Positions 46,882 to 57,400 of a DNA stretch of 64,000 nt are shown here, piece after piece. Numbering within the stretch: position 1 is the first letter of the stretch; each line of letters begins with the position of its first letter. The notes beneath the pieces are model-generated. The model did no database searches. It had not been told where the DNA came from and saw nothing but the letters and a program-made list of their open reading frames with translations. The stretch lies in IMG/VR virus record IMGVR_UViG_3300035687_000003, positions 9,410 to 73,409 of that record; one strand, 5' to 3'. The translations under genes and the position numbers were made by a program. The DNA comes from a virus.

Positions 46882-47967
46882 GTGACTGCTGTGACCATTA
46901 CGTCCCCCTGTTACGCGTCGAGAGACACCGTCAAACGAGCAATGGATGTCGCAAATACTGCGAGGATGAACGCTCGGATTGATCGCCTTATCCAGGCTTC
47001 ATCGCGTCAGATCGACAGTACCTGCAATCGGACGTTCTACCCGTGGTCCGGTACCCGCCACTTCGACTGGCCGATCAACTATTCGGGTAGCGGAGGCAGG
47101 CCATGGCAGATATGGCTAAACGCTGACGAGCTTATCTCCGTGACCGCGGTGAGTTCCGGCAACGTAGCTATTCCGGTGGGCAGCGTGTACCTGGAACCCG
47201 CTAACTCCGGGCCGCCGTACAGTCGTCTGGAGGTTGCGCTGGCGTCGGGTGCCTCATTCTCCGGAGCGTCCACCTGGCAGCGCGGTGTGGCCGTCACCGG
47301 GTTGTACGGGTACGACAATGACGAGGTAGCGGCTGGCGCGATCGTTGGCGCGATGACCAGCTCGCAGACCGCGGTGACTGTGACCAGCTCCAGCATGTTG
47401 TCCGCCGGGGCACTGATCCGGGTTGATAACGAGCGGATGCTGGTTACGGACACGGCCATGGTCACCACCGGGGTCACGTTCACTGGGCCGATCACTGCCA
47501 GCGCGGCTGACGTGTCGCTTGACGTGGGCGGGCCGGCCAGTGGGTTCACGGTCGATGAGACGATCATGCTTGATGCTGAGCGGATGCTGGTCGTCGACAT
47601 TGCCGGTACCCGGCTGGTCGTGAAGCGTGCCTGGGATGGCAGCGTGCTCGCCGCCCACTCCAATGCTCTGATTTACGCGGCCCGGTCCTTGTCCCTGATC
47701 CGCGGCTACCTGGGCACCACGGCGGCATCGCACCTCACTGGGATACCGGTGCAGCTGCACGTGCCGCCCGCACAGGCAGAGCAAGCATGCGTCGGGCTCA
47801 CCCTGTATGGACTCATCACGGAACACGGCGGGATGCGCGCTACGCCGATCACTCCGCTGGGCAGTGATCGGTCGGCATCGGTGAAACGCACCTCCAGTCC
47901 GGTCGACGCATTGCTTGACGAGCTTTACTCCGCACTGGGAAGAAAAGGTCGGACACGTGTGATCTGA
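46882..47967 (+). CDS. Head-tail adaptor with inserted beta repeats
   Basis: YASRDTVK..ASSRQID..CNRTF; VTGLYGY; two ERMLV repeats. Confidence 0.7.
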   Translation: MTAVTITSPCYASRDTVKRAMDVANTARMNARIDRLIQASSRQIDSTCNRTFYPWSGTRHFDWPINYSGSGGRPWQIWLNADELISVTAVSSGNVAIPVGSVYLEPANSGPPYSRLEVALASGASFSGASTWQRGVAVTGLYGYDNDEVAAGAIVGAMTSSQTAVTVTSSSMLSAGALIRVDNERMLVTDTAMVTTGVTFTGPITASAADVSLDVGGPASGFTVDETIMLDAERMLVVDIAGTRLVVKRAWDGSVLAAHSNALIYAARSLSLIRGYLGTTAASHLTGIPVQLHVPPAQAEQACVGLTLYGLITEHGGMRATPITPLGSDRSASVKRTSSPVDALLDELYSALGRKGRTRVI

Positions 47968-47975
47968 AAGATCGG

Positions 47976-48353
47976 GTGACATTGGTGACTGACGTATCCG
48001 GCCCACTTTTTCACAGCGAAGCGCAGCTGGATGGAATGCTCCACGAGATTGAATCCGCAGTCGCGCAACGCGGATACGAGTTAGTGCAAGCCAACCTGGC
48101 GGGCAGTCTGCAACATCCCCGCGGCGGATACCAGTCGACAATCAACGTGCGACATGACGGGCCGGGAGCGGAAGTCACTGACAATGGTACGAAAGTCTAT
48201 AATCATTGGCTGGAGGGGACGGGTAGCAGGAATGCGCCTGCGACTATATTTGCGGGCTACCATTCGTTCCGCCGTGCCAGTGAGGAGCTGGATGCGCAAG
48301 CGGAGGATATTGCTGAGCCGATCGTGGCGCAATTCTGTGCGGCGGTGAACTGA
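47976..48353 (+). CDS. Neck/minor capsid protein (HK97 gp10-like position)
   Basis: VYNHWLEGTGSRN..FAGYHSFRRA. Confidence 0.65.
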   Translation: MTLVTDVSGPLFHSEAQLDGMLHEIESAVAQRGYELVQANLAGSLQHPRGGYQSTINVRHDGPGAEVTDNGTKVYNHWLEGTGSRNAPATIFAGYHSFRRASEELDAQAEDIAEPIVAQFCAAVN

Positions 48354-48833
48354 GTGCCTAACCCTAACCTTGTGGCAATGGATGTCGTCGGCATTTTCAA
48401 TGCCATCCAAAGTCACGCCATGACACTTGGCCTATTCGAGACTGTCTGTGGTCATGAGACGGTGAACGCCCCCGGTCACGGGCTGCATTATGAGATCTGG
48501 GCCGGCCCGATCGGGCCTATCCGTGGCGGATCCGGTCTGGACATCACCAGCGCTTCGGTCACCATTCAGGGCCGTGTGAAAGTGAACACGACACGGGACC
48601 CGCGGGATCTGGTCGAAACGGACCTGCTGTACGCGGTGGACCGGCTCATCTCCGAATACACCGCTAACTTCCAGCTCGGTTTGCCCGGTGTCCGCAACAT
48701 CGACGTACACGGCGCATACGGGCTGGCGTTGAGCGCTAGGCCCGGGTATATCAGTCAAAGCGGTGACCTCTTCCGTGTCGCGGACATAACCATCCCGATC
48801 ATCTGTAACGATGTCTGGGAACAGCTTCCATGA
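48354..48833 (+). CDS. Tail terminator/completion protein
   Basis: Position; LGLFETVCGHE..ADITIPII.NDVW. Confidence 0.65.
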   Translation: MPNPNLVAMDVVGIFNAIQSHAMTLGLFETVCGHETVNAPGHGLHYEIWAGPIGPIRGGSGLDITSASVTIQGRVKVNTTRDPRDLVETDLLYAVDRLISEYTANFQLGLPGVRNIDVHGAYGLALSARPGYISQSGDLFRVADITIPIICNDVWEQLP

Positions 48834-48849
48834 CTTGGGCGGTGACTAG

Positions 48850-48921
48850 GTGACTTATCCGCTGCCAGGGACGTTCGTCGACGAAAACCTCACCGTCCCG
48901 GTGTCCGCCAGATCATCGTAA
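48850..48921 (+). pseudogene. 23-aa stub duplicating the N-terminus of the next gene
   Basis: TYPLPGTFVDENLTVPVSA vs TYPLPGTFINDSITVPVSA. Confidence 0.7.
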
Positions 48922-48939
48922 GAAGGGTGTTTATCGACG

Positions 48940-49905
48940 ATGACTTACCCGCTACCCGGTACATTTATAAATGATTCTATAACGGTGCCCGTGTCTGCTC
49001 AGAACCTTAATGAGTTCACAGCAGCAATTATTGATCTAGATGCGAGAATCACAGCTGGTACGAATATGGTTCGCGTAGTGGCTTACACATCAATTAGTCA
49101 AGCAAGACCAGCGTGGGCGGGTTCAGTGGTCTGGCAGGGTGACATCACCAGCTTGGGGATGCCCACTAATATGATTGCTCGTAGGGATTGGACACAAGAT
49201 TTTGGTCCAGCGGTCCCCGACGGAGCTAGATTCCTCGATGGTACATCCGGCAACTACGCGTCAGCGGTAGACTCAGCCTCTTTGCGCACCCCGTCTACTG
49301 CTATCACTTTAGCAGGATGGTGGAAACCAACCACAGGTGGTATTGCAGACTATGGCGTCTTCGACAAAGCGGGTAACACGGTAAGTCGAGCTGCGTCATA
49401 TGGGATTGTACGTGACGGTAGTGCCGACAACCGTAATCTGCGGTTCCGACTTGGCTTGACCACGGCAGGCAACGTTACCGTCGACAATCCAACTATGTCA
49501 TCGGTGCTCGCGTCGGACACGTGGTACTTTATCGCCGCGACATGGATATCTGGCGCTGCTCCTCGATTTCGAGTGTGGTCTCAAGCAGGAACTTTAGTGA
49601 TTGACAACTCTGGGTCTACATTTACGGATAGCATCATTTATGGGGCGGATCAGTTCCGAGTTGGTCGAGATGATGTGGCCAGAGATGGGCGTTTTACTGC
49701 CGCGGCTATTGGCGTGCACAATGCAGTGCTCACTGACCCACAGATACAAACATGGCGTAATACGGGTGTGCCGCCCATTACGCTATCCGGCGGGTTTTGG
49801 GCATTTAACGGTTCGGGTGCCACTGAGGCGGATACAGCACAATCAAATACACTCACTATCAATGGCACTATTACACGAGTGCTCGGCCCCTATGGTGGGT
49901 ACTAA
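48940..49905 (+). CDS. LamG/concanavalin-like domain protein
   Basis: FLDGTSGNYA; ITLAGWWKP; TWYFIAATW; HNAVLTDPQI; WAFNGSG. Confidence 0.75.
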   Translation: MTYPLPGTFINDSITVPVSAQNLNEFTAAIIDLDARITAGTNMVRVVAYTSISQARPAWAGSVVWQGDITSLGMPTNMIARRDWTQDFGPAVPDGARFLDGTSGNYASAVDSASLRTPSTAITLAGWWKPTTGGIADYGVFDKAGNTVSRAASYGIVRDGSADNRNLRFRLGLTTAGNVTVDNPTMSSVLASDTWYFIAATWISGAAPRFRVWSQAGTLVIDNSGSTFTDSIIYGADQFRVGRDDVARDGRFTAAAIGVHNAVLTDPQIQTWRNTGVPPITLSGGFWAFNGSGATEADTAQSNTLTINGTITRVLGPYGGY

Positions 49906-51206
49906 TGCTTGCTGAAAAGTACTTAGGTGCTGATGGTAGGGTCCGATCATTATCGGCACGCCGCGTTGCATTACCTGGATCACCATTGACTGCATTGTCG
50001 CATAATCACAAGGAAGGCACTAGCCGCGGAACACATACGTACTTTGGAAGCCTAGTCACGCTATCAGCTCAAATTTCAGCGGAGCGTAATGGTGGGACAT
50101 CTATCGCGATGATAGAACCTGGCTGGAATTCGTGGGAAACCGCAGATAATGTATTTTCATCATCCTATGCAGCTACGATTGCTGCGAGTGTAAAAGCTGC
50201 ACAGGACTACAACTCGAAAGTAACACTCGCACTCGGTACGTATAATCCTCCTACCTATGTTGCTGCACTTACCAATGGCGTATACGTTAATCAAGCTGGA
50301 GCCTCGTCAACAGAAGCAAACATTGTATTTAATCAAACCATTCGGACACGAGTGGAGCGATATTATACGCAACTGGCAGCGTCAGTCGATCTTAGCAAGA
50401 TATGGGCAATCAGGATCACTTCCGGTAGCGATCCAGAACTGCTTTACCCCAATGGAGCTTACTGGGCATACGATGTCAATGCACAGAATGGAACGAACCG
50501 CCCACCAACTATGCCCTTGTGCCCTTTCCCTGGATGGGTACCAGGTAACACATCCATTACCATCGCCCAAGTTAGACTATGGGTACAATGGTATATTCAG
50601 TGCCTTGCTGATGTTGTAGATTGGCAGATGCGCTACCTCAGAGGATTAGGCTTTCGTGGACACTTTGAAATCATCACTCCAGGTCAAGGGACACGGCCAG
50701 GAGTGTGGGATACTGAAATAAATGCTCGGCTTATCCCCACAACGTCAGTAACCGGTCGTGGCGCGGTATGGCATTATCTATATCAGGTACTGTTAGACAA
50801 GTCTCACATCACCGCATACGTGTCGTCAGTCGCCGATGGTTCTGGATCAGATGATGTAACTCTCACAACTGATGATGGAGTAGGGTTGGCTGATGCAGCA
50901 TCAGCGAATTGGTCAGCCGTTCGGTACATCACCCGAGTGGCACGCGAGTACGGAATGCGTATTGGTGGAGAAAATGTCGGATACAACTCCCCACCAGCGT
51001 TCAACGCGAAATACATTGACCTAACCGCAACGGGGATGTTGCAGACCTCGTTTCGTCAACTGATAGGCAGCAATTTCGATGTTTACTATTGGGCGCACTC
51101 AGATCAGATGTGGCCTGCGCTCAACCGTATGCCATTCAGTAACTACTCGAGCCAAATACTAGCCAGGAACCCTGGCCCCGTAGCTGTTCCACCAACAGCA
51201 ATCTAA
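49905..51206 (+). CDS. Putative glycoside hydrolase (TIM barrel, GH42/GH14-like)
   Basis: WNSWE..F; LGTYNPPTYV; PELLYP..YWAYD; IGGENVG; YYWAH. Confidence 0.6.
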   Translation: MLAEKYLGADGRVRSLSARRVALPGSPLTALSHNHKEGTSRGTHTYFGSLVTLSAQISAERNGGTSIAMIEPGWNSWETADNVFSSSYAATIAASVKAAQDYNSKVTLALGTYNPPTYVAALTNGVYVNQAGASSTEANIVFNQTIRTRVERYYTQLAASVDLSKIWAIRITSGSDPELLYPNGAYWAYDVNAQNGTNRPPTMPLCPFPGWVPGNTSITIAQVRLWVQWYIQCLADVVDWQMRYLRGLGFRGHFEIITPGQGTRPGVWDTEINARLIPTTSVTGRGAVWHYLYQVLLDKSHITAYVSSVADGSGSDDVTLTTDDGVGLADAASANWSAVRYITRVAREYGMRIGGENVGYNSPPAFNAKYIDLTATGMLQTSFRQLIGSNFDVYYWAHSDQMWPALNRMPFSNYSSQILARNPGPVAVPPTAI

Positions 51207-51327
51207 TAGGCAGATCTACGTCGAGTTCCTACCCTAGAACTAACGACAGCCGTGCTGCAATCGGAACGGCGGTGCGATATCAACTCGATGGTGCCTTCAG
51301 CTCTTAAGAGAAGGGACGCGGCTCACG

Positions 51328-52140
51328 ATGCCCGCACCATCACTGTCGCTCGCACCATCACTGTCGCTAGCTCCGTCACTGTCGGGAGGCACTGCAATGA
51401 AGGGCTCTGGACTCGGTGACCTATTTTTCATTGGCGGGATGAACGTATCTGGCGATATTAATTCATTGTCCAGTGTCAGTGGTGGCAATACCCCGATCGA
51501 CGTTACCGCGATCAACCAATCCGGAGTGGCCCGGCTTGGCGGGCAGCGCACCGGCGCAATGGATTTCGTGTGCTATCACAACACGACGGCTGGGCAGATT
51601 CACTCGGTGTTGGCCGCATTGCCTACTGCTGACGTGATTGCTACTTACCTGCGCGGCTCCGCGTTGGGTACGCCGGCTGCGTCGATCAACGCTAAGCAAC
51701 TCGATTACTCGCCTAAGCGGGCCGCGAACGGTGCGCTGACTATCGACGTAAAAACGCTATCCAACTCGTTCGGGTTGGAATGGGGGCTGGCCGGAACCGC
51801 GGGAGTCCGGACGGATAGTGCTGCCACTAACGGTTCAGGATTTGACAGTCTCGGCTCTTTAGGTATCGCCGGAGTGCGGCTATATGTGCACCTGCTTGCA
51901 TTCACTGGGACTTCGGTGACGATTAAGCTGCAAGAGTCTAACGATATTGGCGGTGTTGACCCATGGGCTGATATTACGGGGGCCACTACCGGAGCATTGA
52001 CTGTCGCCGGGGCAACGCGAATCGCCACCGTCAGCGGCACAAAGCAATTTCTGCGAGTGGTGACTACGGGCACATTCTCTAACGCTCAATTCGTTGCCAA
52101 CGTGGTACCCACCGATTACGCGGTGGGGGTGGTGTTCTAG
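51328..52140 (+). CDS. Tail-tube-like protein with C-terminal beta domain; second start at 51397
   Basis: KGSGLG; DVTAINQSGVARL; RAANGALT; GGAGG RBS before 51397. Confidence 0.7.
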   Translation: MPAPSLSLAPSLSLAPSLSGGTAMKGSGLGDLFFIGGMNVSGDINSLSSVSGGNTPIDVTAINQSGVARLGGQRTGAMDFVCYHNTTAGQIHSVLAALPTADVIATYLRGSALGTPAASINAKQLDYSPKRAANGALTIDVKTLSNSFGLEWGLAGTAGVRTDSAATNGSGFDSLGSLGIAGVRLYVHLLAFTGTSVTIKLQESNDIGGVDPWADITGATTGALTVAGATRIATVSGTKQFLRVVTTGTFSNAQFVANVVPTDYAVGVVF

Positions 52141-52592
52141 TGAGCGGACTTAACCGGCTGGAGCCCGCGATGCCGGTCGGAACGTACCGCACATTCAGCG
52201 TAGCAACGCCGCTGTCCACGCATACCCGTGTCGCTAGTTGCTTAGAGGTGGAATGCCTCGCGCACGAGAACGGGTGGATGACGACGGTGGACGAGCGCAC
52301 CGAGCTCGGCCGGGGCCAGGCCGATTACATCCGACATGCGATGACACCGCGGCGGCACTACACAGAGAGCCGGGAAGGCGACCTGACGGTGTTCACGTTC
52401 CCGGCTGGCCAGAAGTGCTTCGCTGAGCACCGGATCGACTTGGACCGGCCAGCGTTTTTCCGGGCCCGGCCAGGGGACCATCGGATCCGGCCGGCGCAAC
52501 ACGAGATCTACCAGTACGCGAATGGCGATGATTTCGTGGATGACTTCGCGAACAATCAGCAGGCACTCGCGGAGCGCATTAACAGGGGTTAG
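52140..52592 (+). CDS. Hypothetical tail-region protein
   Basis: ASCLEVEC..GW.T.VDE..FPAGQKCF. Confidence 0.7.
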   Translation: MSGLNRLEPAMPVGTYRTFSVATPLSTHTRVASCLEVECLAHENGWMTTVDERTELGRGQADYIRHAMTPRRHYTESREGDLTVFTFPAGQKCFAEHRIDLDRPAFFRARPGDHRIRPAQHEIYQYANGDDFVDDFANNQQALAERINRG

Positions 52593-52684
52593 ATGTGCTG
52601 ATCTAAAGTTAACAAGGGATGTATAGGCAGGTGGACTGCCTGCATGGCGTATAGTTTATGCCGCCAAGCTTGTACTGTTTGGCT

Positions 52685-53329
52685 ATGGACGCTCCTTATT
52701 CTCGGCACTGCACAAAATGTGGCCTACTTAAATCGTTAGAAGCCTTCTCTAAGGCACCTAACGGAAAGTATGGACGTAAGGCAACATGTAAGGGTTGTGA
52801 CGCTGCACGGTTCGCTGTCAAATATGTGCCGCACCCGGAAGGCCGAATTGGCCCACGCCGACCCCCGTTACCACTGGATACGTTAAGGTCGTGCACGAAA
52901 TGTAAGACGACTAAGCCGCTATCAGAATTCAGCCTGTCTCGACGAGCGCGCGGTACACAGAATGCCGTATATCGCAGTAATTGCAAAAAATGCGCTTCGC
53001 TGGATACGATAGAATGGCATAAACGGAATCCTGGTCGTGTCGAAGCTAACCGACGTACTCGTAATCTAAAATTATACGGCATGACGAAACAGGACTATGT
53101 TGATTTACTCCATAAACAAGGCGGTGGCTGTGCCATATGTGGCACTGACAGAGGTGGGCAGAAATCAGGTAAAGTGATGCGAATGTCGGTAGATCACGAT
53201 CATCGAACTGGTGCATTTCGCGGTATTCTGTGCAATCGCTGCAATCGGGCAATAGGCTTACTGGGCGACGATCCAATCTTACTCCGTAAGGCTATAAGCT
53301 ATCTTATAAGAGCCCGATCCAAAGGTTAG
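52685..53329 (+). CDS. Endonuclease VII-type HNH, leaderless
   Basis: CTKC x2; QGGGCAICG..VDHDHRTGAFRGILCNRCNRAIG; TACTGT-N6-ATG. Confidence 0.9.
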   Translation: MDAPYSRHCTKCGLLKSLEAFSKAPNGKYGRKATCKGCDAARFAVKYVPHPEGRIGPRRPPLPLDTLRSCTKCKTTKPLSEFSLSRRARGTQNAVYRSNCKKCASLDTIEWHKRNPGRVEANRRTRNLKLYGMTKQDYVDLLHKQGGGCAICGTDRGGQKSGKVMRMSVDHDHRTGAFRGILCNRCNRAIGLLGDDPILLRKAISYLIRARSKG

Positions 53330-53338
53330 GAGAGAGCA

Positions 53339-53740
53339 ATTAGCAAAAGCTCCGGAATTGGGCAAACCACACTTACAGTAGACGATGCTTCGGGTACCCC
53401 GACAGTCATTAAGAATGACGTGACAAACTGGGATATCAGCACACCGCGAGCCGTTCAAGACGTGACCGGTGTTGACAAGTCAGCAATCGAACGGCTGCTC
53501 CTGTTGGCAGATGTTTCAGTCACGCTGAGCCTTGTTTTCAATGCCACGGGAGCGCACCTCGTGTTCAGGACGGTCCCGTCCACGTCCGTGGCCCGGACGT
53601 CCACATTCACAGTCAACGGCGTGACGCTGGCACCGGAGATCCTGTACACCGACTACAAGCTGACGAGAGCTGCCAACGGCGCATTGACGGCGAGTGCGCC
53701 GGGGAGTCTTGCGGATGGCGTTGTGCCGACGTGGTCTTAA
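53339..53740 (+). CDS. Major tail (tube) protein, probable ATT start
   Basis: AGGAGA-N5-ATT then SKSSGIGQTTLTVDD.., in frame with QDVTGVDKSAIERLLLLAD and TRAANGALT. Confidence 0.75.
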   Translation: MSKSSGIGQTTLTVDDASGTPTVIKNDVTNWDISTPRAVQDVTGVDKSAIERLLLLADVSVTLSLVFNATGAHLVFRTVPSTSVARTSTFTVNGVTLAPEILYTDYKLTRAANGALTASAPGSLADGVVPTWS

Positions 53741-53791
53741 CTCTCTGTAGTAGTTGTTAACTTACGGTCAACAGAGAGAGGATCTTGCCGA

Positions 53792-54265
53792 ATGGGGTTC
53801 GTGCCCGAGCGGAACACCTACCGACTCACCTTCGCTGACGTCGAGAAATATGCGAACCTTACTGTCCGGATGACCGGGCTGGACGTCGGCGAGATCCTTG
53901 ACTCCATGACCATCGACGGCCAGGCATTAGATACCGCCGCGCTGGAAAAGGCCATGGAAAGCAACGACGTGGCAGGTGCCGTCGCCATGTTTGCCGAGAT
54001 TAGAGACACCGTGACCCGCACATACGAGACGTTTGCCCGGCATCTCGTGTCATGGAATGTGGAAACCCCGGACGGCGAACATGTGCCAGAAACGTTGGAC
54101 GGCGTGCGATCCCAGGACGCGGCATTCATCCGCGACATCATGGACGCCTGGCGGACCGGCGTGACAGGGGTTGATAGAAATTTAGCTCAGCCATCGAAAA
54201 ATGGCGCGCCGTCGGCGGCGCTATCGATACCGATGGAACCATTGTCTCCAAACCCGCCGAGCTAG
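53792..54265 (+). CDS. Tail assembly chaperone (G)
   Basis: Between tail tube and TMP; LVSWNVE. Confidence 0.8.
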   Translation: MGFVPERNTYRLTFADVEKYANLTVRMTGLDVGEILDSMTIDGQALDTAALEKAMESNDVAGAVAMFAEIRDTVTRTYETFARHLVSWNVETPDGEHVPETLDGVRSQDAAFIRDIMDAWRTGVTGVDRNLAQPSKNGAPSAALSIPMEPLSPNPPS

Positions 54266-54417
54266 TCACCGCAGAGTTCGTACTCGGTGCCTGCGAACGC
54301 TTCGGATGCCTACCCTCACAGCTCTACCGGGAGGATGCGGACCTTATTCGGTTGCTAACCCTTGAGCAGCTGGGGGGTAGCCGGGAGCAGGCGACTACGG
54401 ATAATCCGTACAGCTGA
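54178..54417 (+). CDS. Tail assembly chaperone -1 frameshift extension (G-T)
   Basis: In-phase slippery A_AAT_TTA 54178-54184; -1 frame open to TGA 54417 with CERFGCLPSQL. Confidence 0.8.
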   Translation, partial: KFSSAIEKWRAVGGAIDTDGTIVSKPAELVTAEFVLGACERFGCLPSQLYREDADLIRLLTLEQLGGSREQATTDNPYS

Positions 54418-54474
54418 GCACGACGAAAGGTTGACCAATCAACCCTGCCCGCAAGGAAGGGGAACTGGCCAGCC

Positions 54475-57400
54475 TTGAACGAGATCAATATAGAAGTTCA
54501 CGCGACATCCACTGGCCTCATGCGTGGCGAGATCAAGCGTGACATCGACACCGCCGCAGCCGGCCAAGAGATCAAGATTCCGGTCAACGCCGACATCGAC
54601 CGGCTGGTCACGAAAATCGAGTCAGCGAAACAGGCTCTCGACCGCCTCAATGAGGCACGATCCAACCCGAAGATTGACGTCGACATCGCGTCAGCGCAAG
54701 CACAACTAGCTCGCGTTCAAGTTCGGTTGGATGAGCTGCGAAACGAAACGTCGACACCGAAAATCGATGCTGACATCGCCGTCGCCGAAGCCAAGATGGC
54801 GGCACTTGAGGAGCGCATACGGTCGCTCGGTGACCGGAAATCGTCGCCGAAAGTGGACGTTGATATCGCCGCGGCGCAAGCAAAATTGGACCAGCTGCGG
54901 TCCCAGCTTGCCGATGCGATCAAGGCTCAGGTCGAGATCGATCTCGACGCGGCAGGGTTGCGCGAAGAAGTGGCGCTCAAGGCCAAAGAGGCTGCGGCTG
55001 GCCAAGAGGTTAAGGTTAAGGTCAAGGTTGACGAGGATGGATTCAATCTCAGCGGATTAACCGGATCGTTTCGTACCGGACTCGGTCAGCTGCGCCTTCC
55101 GATTGACCTCATCATCCCCGGTATCGCGGCTATCGGGTCACTGAGTGGAGCACTCGGCCTCATCCCTGCCGCCGCGGGACTGGCCGGGACCGGTCTGGCC
55201 GCAATGCTCGTCGGGGTCACCGGGATCACGGAAACGATCAAGGCGTATACCCAAGCGCAAGATGCGGCGATGGGGCGCACTGCCACGTCAGCAGCGCAGC
55301 AGGCCGCTACGGCCAACTCCCTGATTAGCGCTTCGCAAGCCGTAGTAAGTGCCCGGCGCGGGGTGGCTGACGCTGAACGCAACTACGAGCAGGCCGTCAC
55401 CGCCGCGAAAGACGCAGTGGTCAACGCGGTCAACGCTGAGCGGCAAGCTGAAGTGTCCGCCGACCAAGCGGTGGAATCCGCTACCCGGTCGCTACAGTCC
55501 GCCGAGGATTCGCTGACCAATGCTAAGCATGCGGCGTTGCTTGCGGAGCGCAACCTCACTGACGCGCGGCTCGCGGCGACGCGTGCACTGGAAGATGCAC
55601 CGAACAAGGTCCGCGACGCCGAGCTCGCACAGCAGGCCGCAATCGTTAGTCTCCAGCAGGCGCAATCCGCGGTGCAGGTCGCTCACCAGCAGCAGCAGGC
55701 GACCCTCCACCTGACCGCTCAAGGGCTCGTGTCCGTCCCGGCCCCCATCATGCCGGCCCCCAACACCCAAGCCCTCAACCTTGCCGTGGAGCAGGCGCAG
55801 CAGCGCGTTGTCGAGATGGGCGTGGCCTACGACCGGGCGAAGCAAGACGCTGACATGCTCACCGCGGCCGGGGTGGATGGCTCCAAACAAGTCATCTCGG
55901 CGCAAGACCAGGTGGCGGCATCGCAGAAGTCGGTTGCCAATGCGGCCGCCGCCGTAGGTGAAGCTCAAGAGAAGCTGGTCCAGGCGCATCTTGACGGCGA
56001 CCAGAAGATCATCGACGCGAAACACCGCGTGACATCTGCCCAACTTGCACTGACGGACACCGAGATCCGCAGCGGCGAACAGATCATCCGGTCGAAAGAG
56101 GCTGTCGACAACGCGGTACGGGCTCAGCAGCAGGCCATGCTCGCCGCTGGAGCCGCTGCGGAATCTGCCGCCGGGTCGATGTCAGCGTTCAATGCCCGGC
56201 TCGCCCAACTGGCCCCCAACGCACGGGACGCGGTACTCGCGTTCCTAGGGTTGTCCGCTGTCTGGCACGCCCTGGCCGGCGACGTGCAGCAGCACCTCTT
56301 CGCGGGCGTCGGTGACGAGATCCGCCGTGTCGGTGCTGCGGATCTGCCAGTGTTGCATGACGGCCTGGTCGGTATGGCCGCCGAACTCAACCACGGCATC
56401 CTCCTGTTCGGCGATTGGCTCGCGTCGGCGCAAACCGTCGGTGACTCCAAGATTATCTTTGGTAATTTCACGGCCGCCGCGCACGAGTTTCATGGTGCGA
56501 TCCAGCCAATCCTCGACATCTTCCGGGATCTTGCGGTTGTCGGATCAGAGTTCCTGCCAGGCTTCGGTAAGACCTTCGCAGAATTGGCTCGTCATGCCGC
56601 AGACTTTATTCGCAGCGCTCGGGACTCCGGGAAGCTGAAAGAGTGGATGCAGACTGGTATTGACACGGTGAAAACGCTCTGGGGGATCTTCAGGGATCTT
56701 GTCGGCATTATTAAAGATGTGGCGAATGGTCCCGGTGGCGACTGGGGACTCCTGGCCGGGTTGGGGCTAATCATCGGGGATGTCCGATGGCTGCTTGACA
56801 ACTTCCCACTCCTTATCCCCATCCTCGAATCTGTGTTCCTAGTGTCGCGGGTCATGGCGATAGTTGAAGCGCTTAAACTTGTTAAGATAGCAACATTGGC
56901 GTGGACCGTAGCGCAATGGTTACTAAATATCGCGCTGGACGCGAATCCGATCGGGCTTATCGTTATCGCCGTTCTCGCGCTTGCCGGACTCGCTTACCTG
57001 GTATGGCGGAATTGGGATACCATTATTGGTTGGCTCACTGACGCCTGGCATATATTCAGTGCCGTGTTCTGGATTGTCATCCGCTGGATCGAAGATCGGT
57101 GGAACGACTTCCTGGGATTCCTGGGTGACGTGGGCCGGATTATCTTCGGATTCGGCGGCTGGATGTGGAACGGAATCGTGTACGGCGCGAAGTGGATGGC
57201 GAATCAGGTGATCGGGTATATCAACGGAATGATCCGCACCATCAACGTACTCATCCACGGGATCAACTGGACCAGCTTCGGCGCGTTCAACATCCCAGAC
57301 ATTCCGCAGCTCACCTATTTCGCGACCGGCGGGATCGGCAGCGGGCTCGCGCTTGTTGGTGAGCGGGGACCGGAGCTGGTGCACCTGCCCACCGGGTCGC

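Noticed and set aside
54560-54960. Repeated PKIDVDIA segments
   Set aside because: Ordinary tape-measure N-terminal repeats
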